From positions 12,772,001-12,836,000 of the forward strand of contig OU015567.1 of NCBI GenBank assembly GCA_907165135.1: 64,000 nt of DNA, read 5' to 3'. How positions within the stretch are numbered: the stretch's first letter is position 1; every line of letters starts with the position of its first letter. The DNA comes from Oikopleura dioica (lineage: Eukaryota > Animalia > Chordata). The position numbers and the translations under genes are program-made. The notes beneath the pieces are model-generated. The model had not been told where the DNA came from and ran no database searches. It saw only the letters and a list, made by a program, of their open reading frames with translations. Shown here piece by piece: positions 61,486-64,000 of this stretch.

Positions 61486-64000
61486 GTAAGTGGACAATTA
61501 TTTTACTGTGTTCAAGTTTGAAATTCGAAAAAAGTAGGACTTGTCATTTTTCATTCTGCGTTGAAATTGGATTCATTGACTTCAAAAGCGCGCGAATTCA
61601 ATTAACCGTCTTCTGATCCACTCTAATGACGTGTTCGCGACTATTTTGGACACGAAAGGTGATGATTTTCAAATTTGTTCCAAGGGTTCAAAAGAGCTTT
61701 CGTTTCCCGCAGCTTGAGCTTCGGCGGAAGTAGAAAGGAGCAGAAAGGGTTGGGGAGAAGGTGAAGATTTCGCGCGTAAAATTCTTGTGGCGGCGCGTTC
61801 CAACCCGCTAATCCCTTTTACGAAGTCATTTGGGGAGCTAAAAAGAGATCCAACAGATCTTTGAAAACCTGCATTTTCCCCTTATGGATAAAATTTATGA
61901 CCCAAAATTTTTTTTTCAAAAAAATTCAGATGTCAGTTTTAGGTTCTAAAAAGTTGAATTTTTTTGCGAATTTTTCTGTTTGAAACATAAAAGGTGCAAT
62001 TCAAACATGACCCTCTAACCCCAGGTGTCTTAATCCCCGATAAGCTTGCATTCCAATATAACACAACAACGTTCGCAACAACGCGATAAACAGACTCAAC
62101 TGACGCAACTGCCGCCGCACATGTGTTTCGGTCGGTTGCTGACGCGATTGAGTTCCTCGCACGTGATCGCAAACTCTAAGGTGAATGCAGCCACAAGAAG
62201 ATTATCCTAGTGACCAAAGACGGACAGGAATTTTTATTGCGGCAAACCGCAACTAGACTTCCGCTTATGTAAGCTTCTCAGAGGAAATTTTAAGAACTTA
62301 CAAATTTTCTCCAAGAATCTTCATAATGATTTAAAATCAAGAACGATTACGATATTTTATTGAAATCATCATTTTTATAATCTTAATTTCTTTATCAAAA
62401 AGATACGTGTCCGCTCAAATCCCCTTTTCTGCGATAATTGTCCCCCAAAGACCAAAATTATGATAAAGCCCCGCTTGGAAAAGGCGCCAAACGTCCTTGA
62501 TGAAAATTGCCAAAGATAAAATTAACCGGTTCACGCGATAAATTGAGAAAAGAAGCAGCTTTTGGAGGTTCGGGGAAAATGTTCAACCTGTCAAAAGTCG
62601 CGTCATGTCCTGTCAGCCGAGCTAATGACTTGAGCTTGCTTGGATGAAGAGATTTCCATCAAAAAAATTGGAATCTCCCTTTTTCGTTCACCTATTCCAA
62701 TATTATCCTTTTCCGTAAGCGTATCTTTACGTAGCCGCGTTGAAGTTTCCTCACTCTTTGCCCACGAGAAAATATACTAAAGTCAAATTACATAAACTAC
62801 TTTTTCCCCGCTTTAGTATAAATATTTTAAGAGCTCTAAGTAACACTACCTGCTAGTATGTAAATCTGCGGTAGCACAAAGATTATCAACGTGCGGAAAA
62901 CAGAGCGATAAGATCGTATCTAAAGTTTGGCTAATTTCTTACGCCACGTGATTTGACTGGGGAACCTGGTACTCCAAAATGGAGAGCTTGACATCCCCTC
63001 TACTTGTACATATTGGCCTGCAACCGACCGAGATAGGCTCAGCCTCGCTGGCTCATTAAAATGTTTAGAGGGGCGTTTCAAAATTCCAGAGACGCGTTAT
63101 CGTTTAGAAAAAACAGGGGAGCAGAAATATTCTCACCTGCGTATGTACCTTGCTCTTAATAAGAGTCTTGTTAGATCCAGCTTTCTAAAATGACATAAAT
63201 CCAGCTTGAAGATACTTTGTTATTAACACATTTCAAGAAGGAAAACAAAGCACAACACTTTCAAAATCGATCCTTTCTGGGAATCAACAGAGAGAACAGC
63301 ATCGCGAATGGATCGTCTTAATGCACGCGTAAAATCATAATTATGATATTATGCAGTCGTGTACCCGCCAATTAACATAACCCTCTGACTCCCCTTGCGC
63401 CTTTTTTTTCGTCCTCACGTGACGCAATGCAACGATGGAACCATCTAATGCGGATCATAAGCTCTTGATTAGACCCAGATCACTTGATAGCCTCAATTAT
63501 AAGGTGCACCACCTCAAATCTGCGAACTACTCACCTCAAGAAAACCTGCTTGGTTTTCTAACATTTTCGGAAAATACTGATTTTGCGATTGACATTTGAC
63601 AAGGATCAGATTAGACCATGATCTATTACATAGGCTCAATTGAATAAATTCCAATAAAGCGGCTCAGCTTTTCTCAAAAAAGCCCGTTAGACATTTTACA
63701 TAAAATAACATTTGTCCCAATTTCTCGCCTGCCTCGAATTATGCTCGACCTGCTCCTCTCCATAATTGCCCTAGAATCTTTTTTCTCACTCGAAGTCCAA
63801 TAGATCCAATTGCTCAAAATAAACCAAGTTCATTTGATTCAACCACGTTTTCTAGCGCCAATTTTAGATATTTTTAAAATAGCCGATCTCTATTTCAGCA
63901 GATTCAAGACTCGAGTAATTGAATTCAAGAACTTGGGAAATCATCCCTTCTTTTGTCATCTCAAAAAACGTGTCGCATTTCTTATCACCCCGCACTTGAG

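Overview
Compact, intron-rich eukaryotic genome with very short introns, GA-AG/GC-AG splice sites and operon-like gene spacing. These traits point to the larvacean tunicate Oikopleura (probably O. dioica); this is an inference. Gene order: 3' end of GTF2H4, a RanGAP1 locus with two complete GAP (LRR) domains in tandem, Brachyury (minus strand), a synaptobrevin, and importin-9. Importin-9 is split inside a coding exon by a 6.5-kb intact Ty3/gypsy (Tor-like) LTR retrotransposon with LTRs identical by eye and a 4-bp TSD. Next comes a tight same-strand run of six genes: a putative mitochondrial protein, an STI1-domain protein, XPG/ERCC5, a KHNYN/N4BP1-like RNase, ALG2, and an orphan resembling an isolated Y-family polymerase little-finger domain with an AT-hook. 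These are followed by a secreted Cys-rich protein, PRPF6 immediately followed by PIWI, and a smoothelin-like locus. The last ~9 kb is gene-poor and holds a 160-bp foldback-type MITE with a 9-bp TSD. All homology calls are by-eye motif recognition, not database searches. Exon boundaries were inferred manually.
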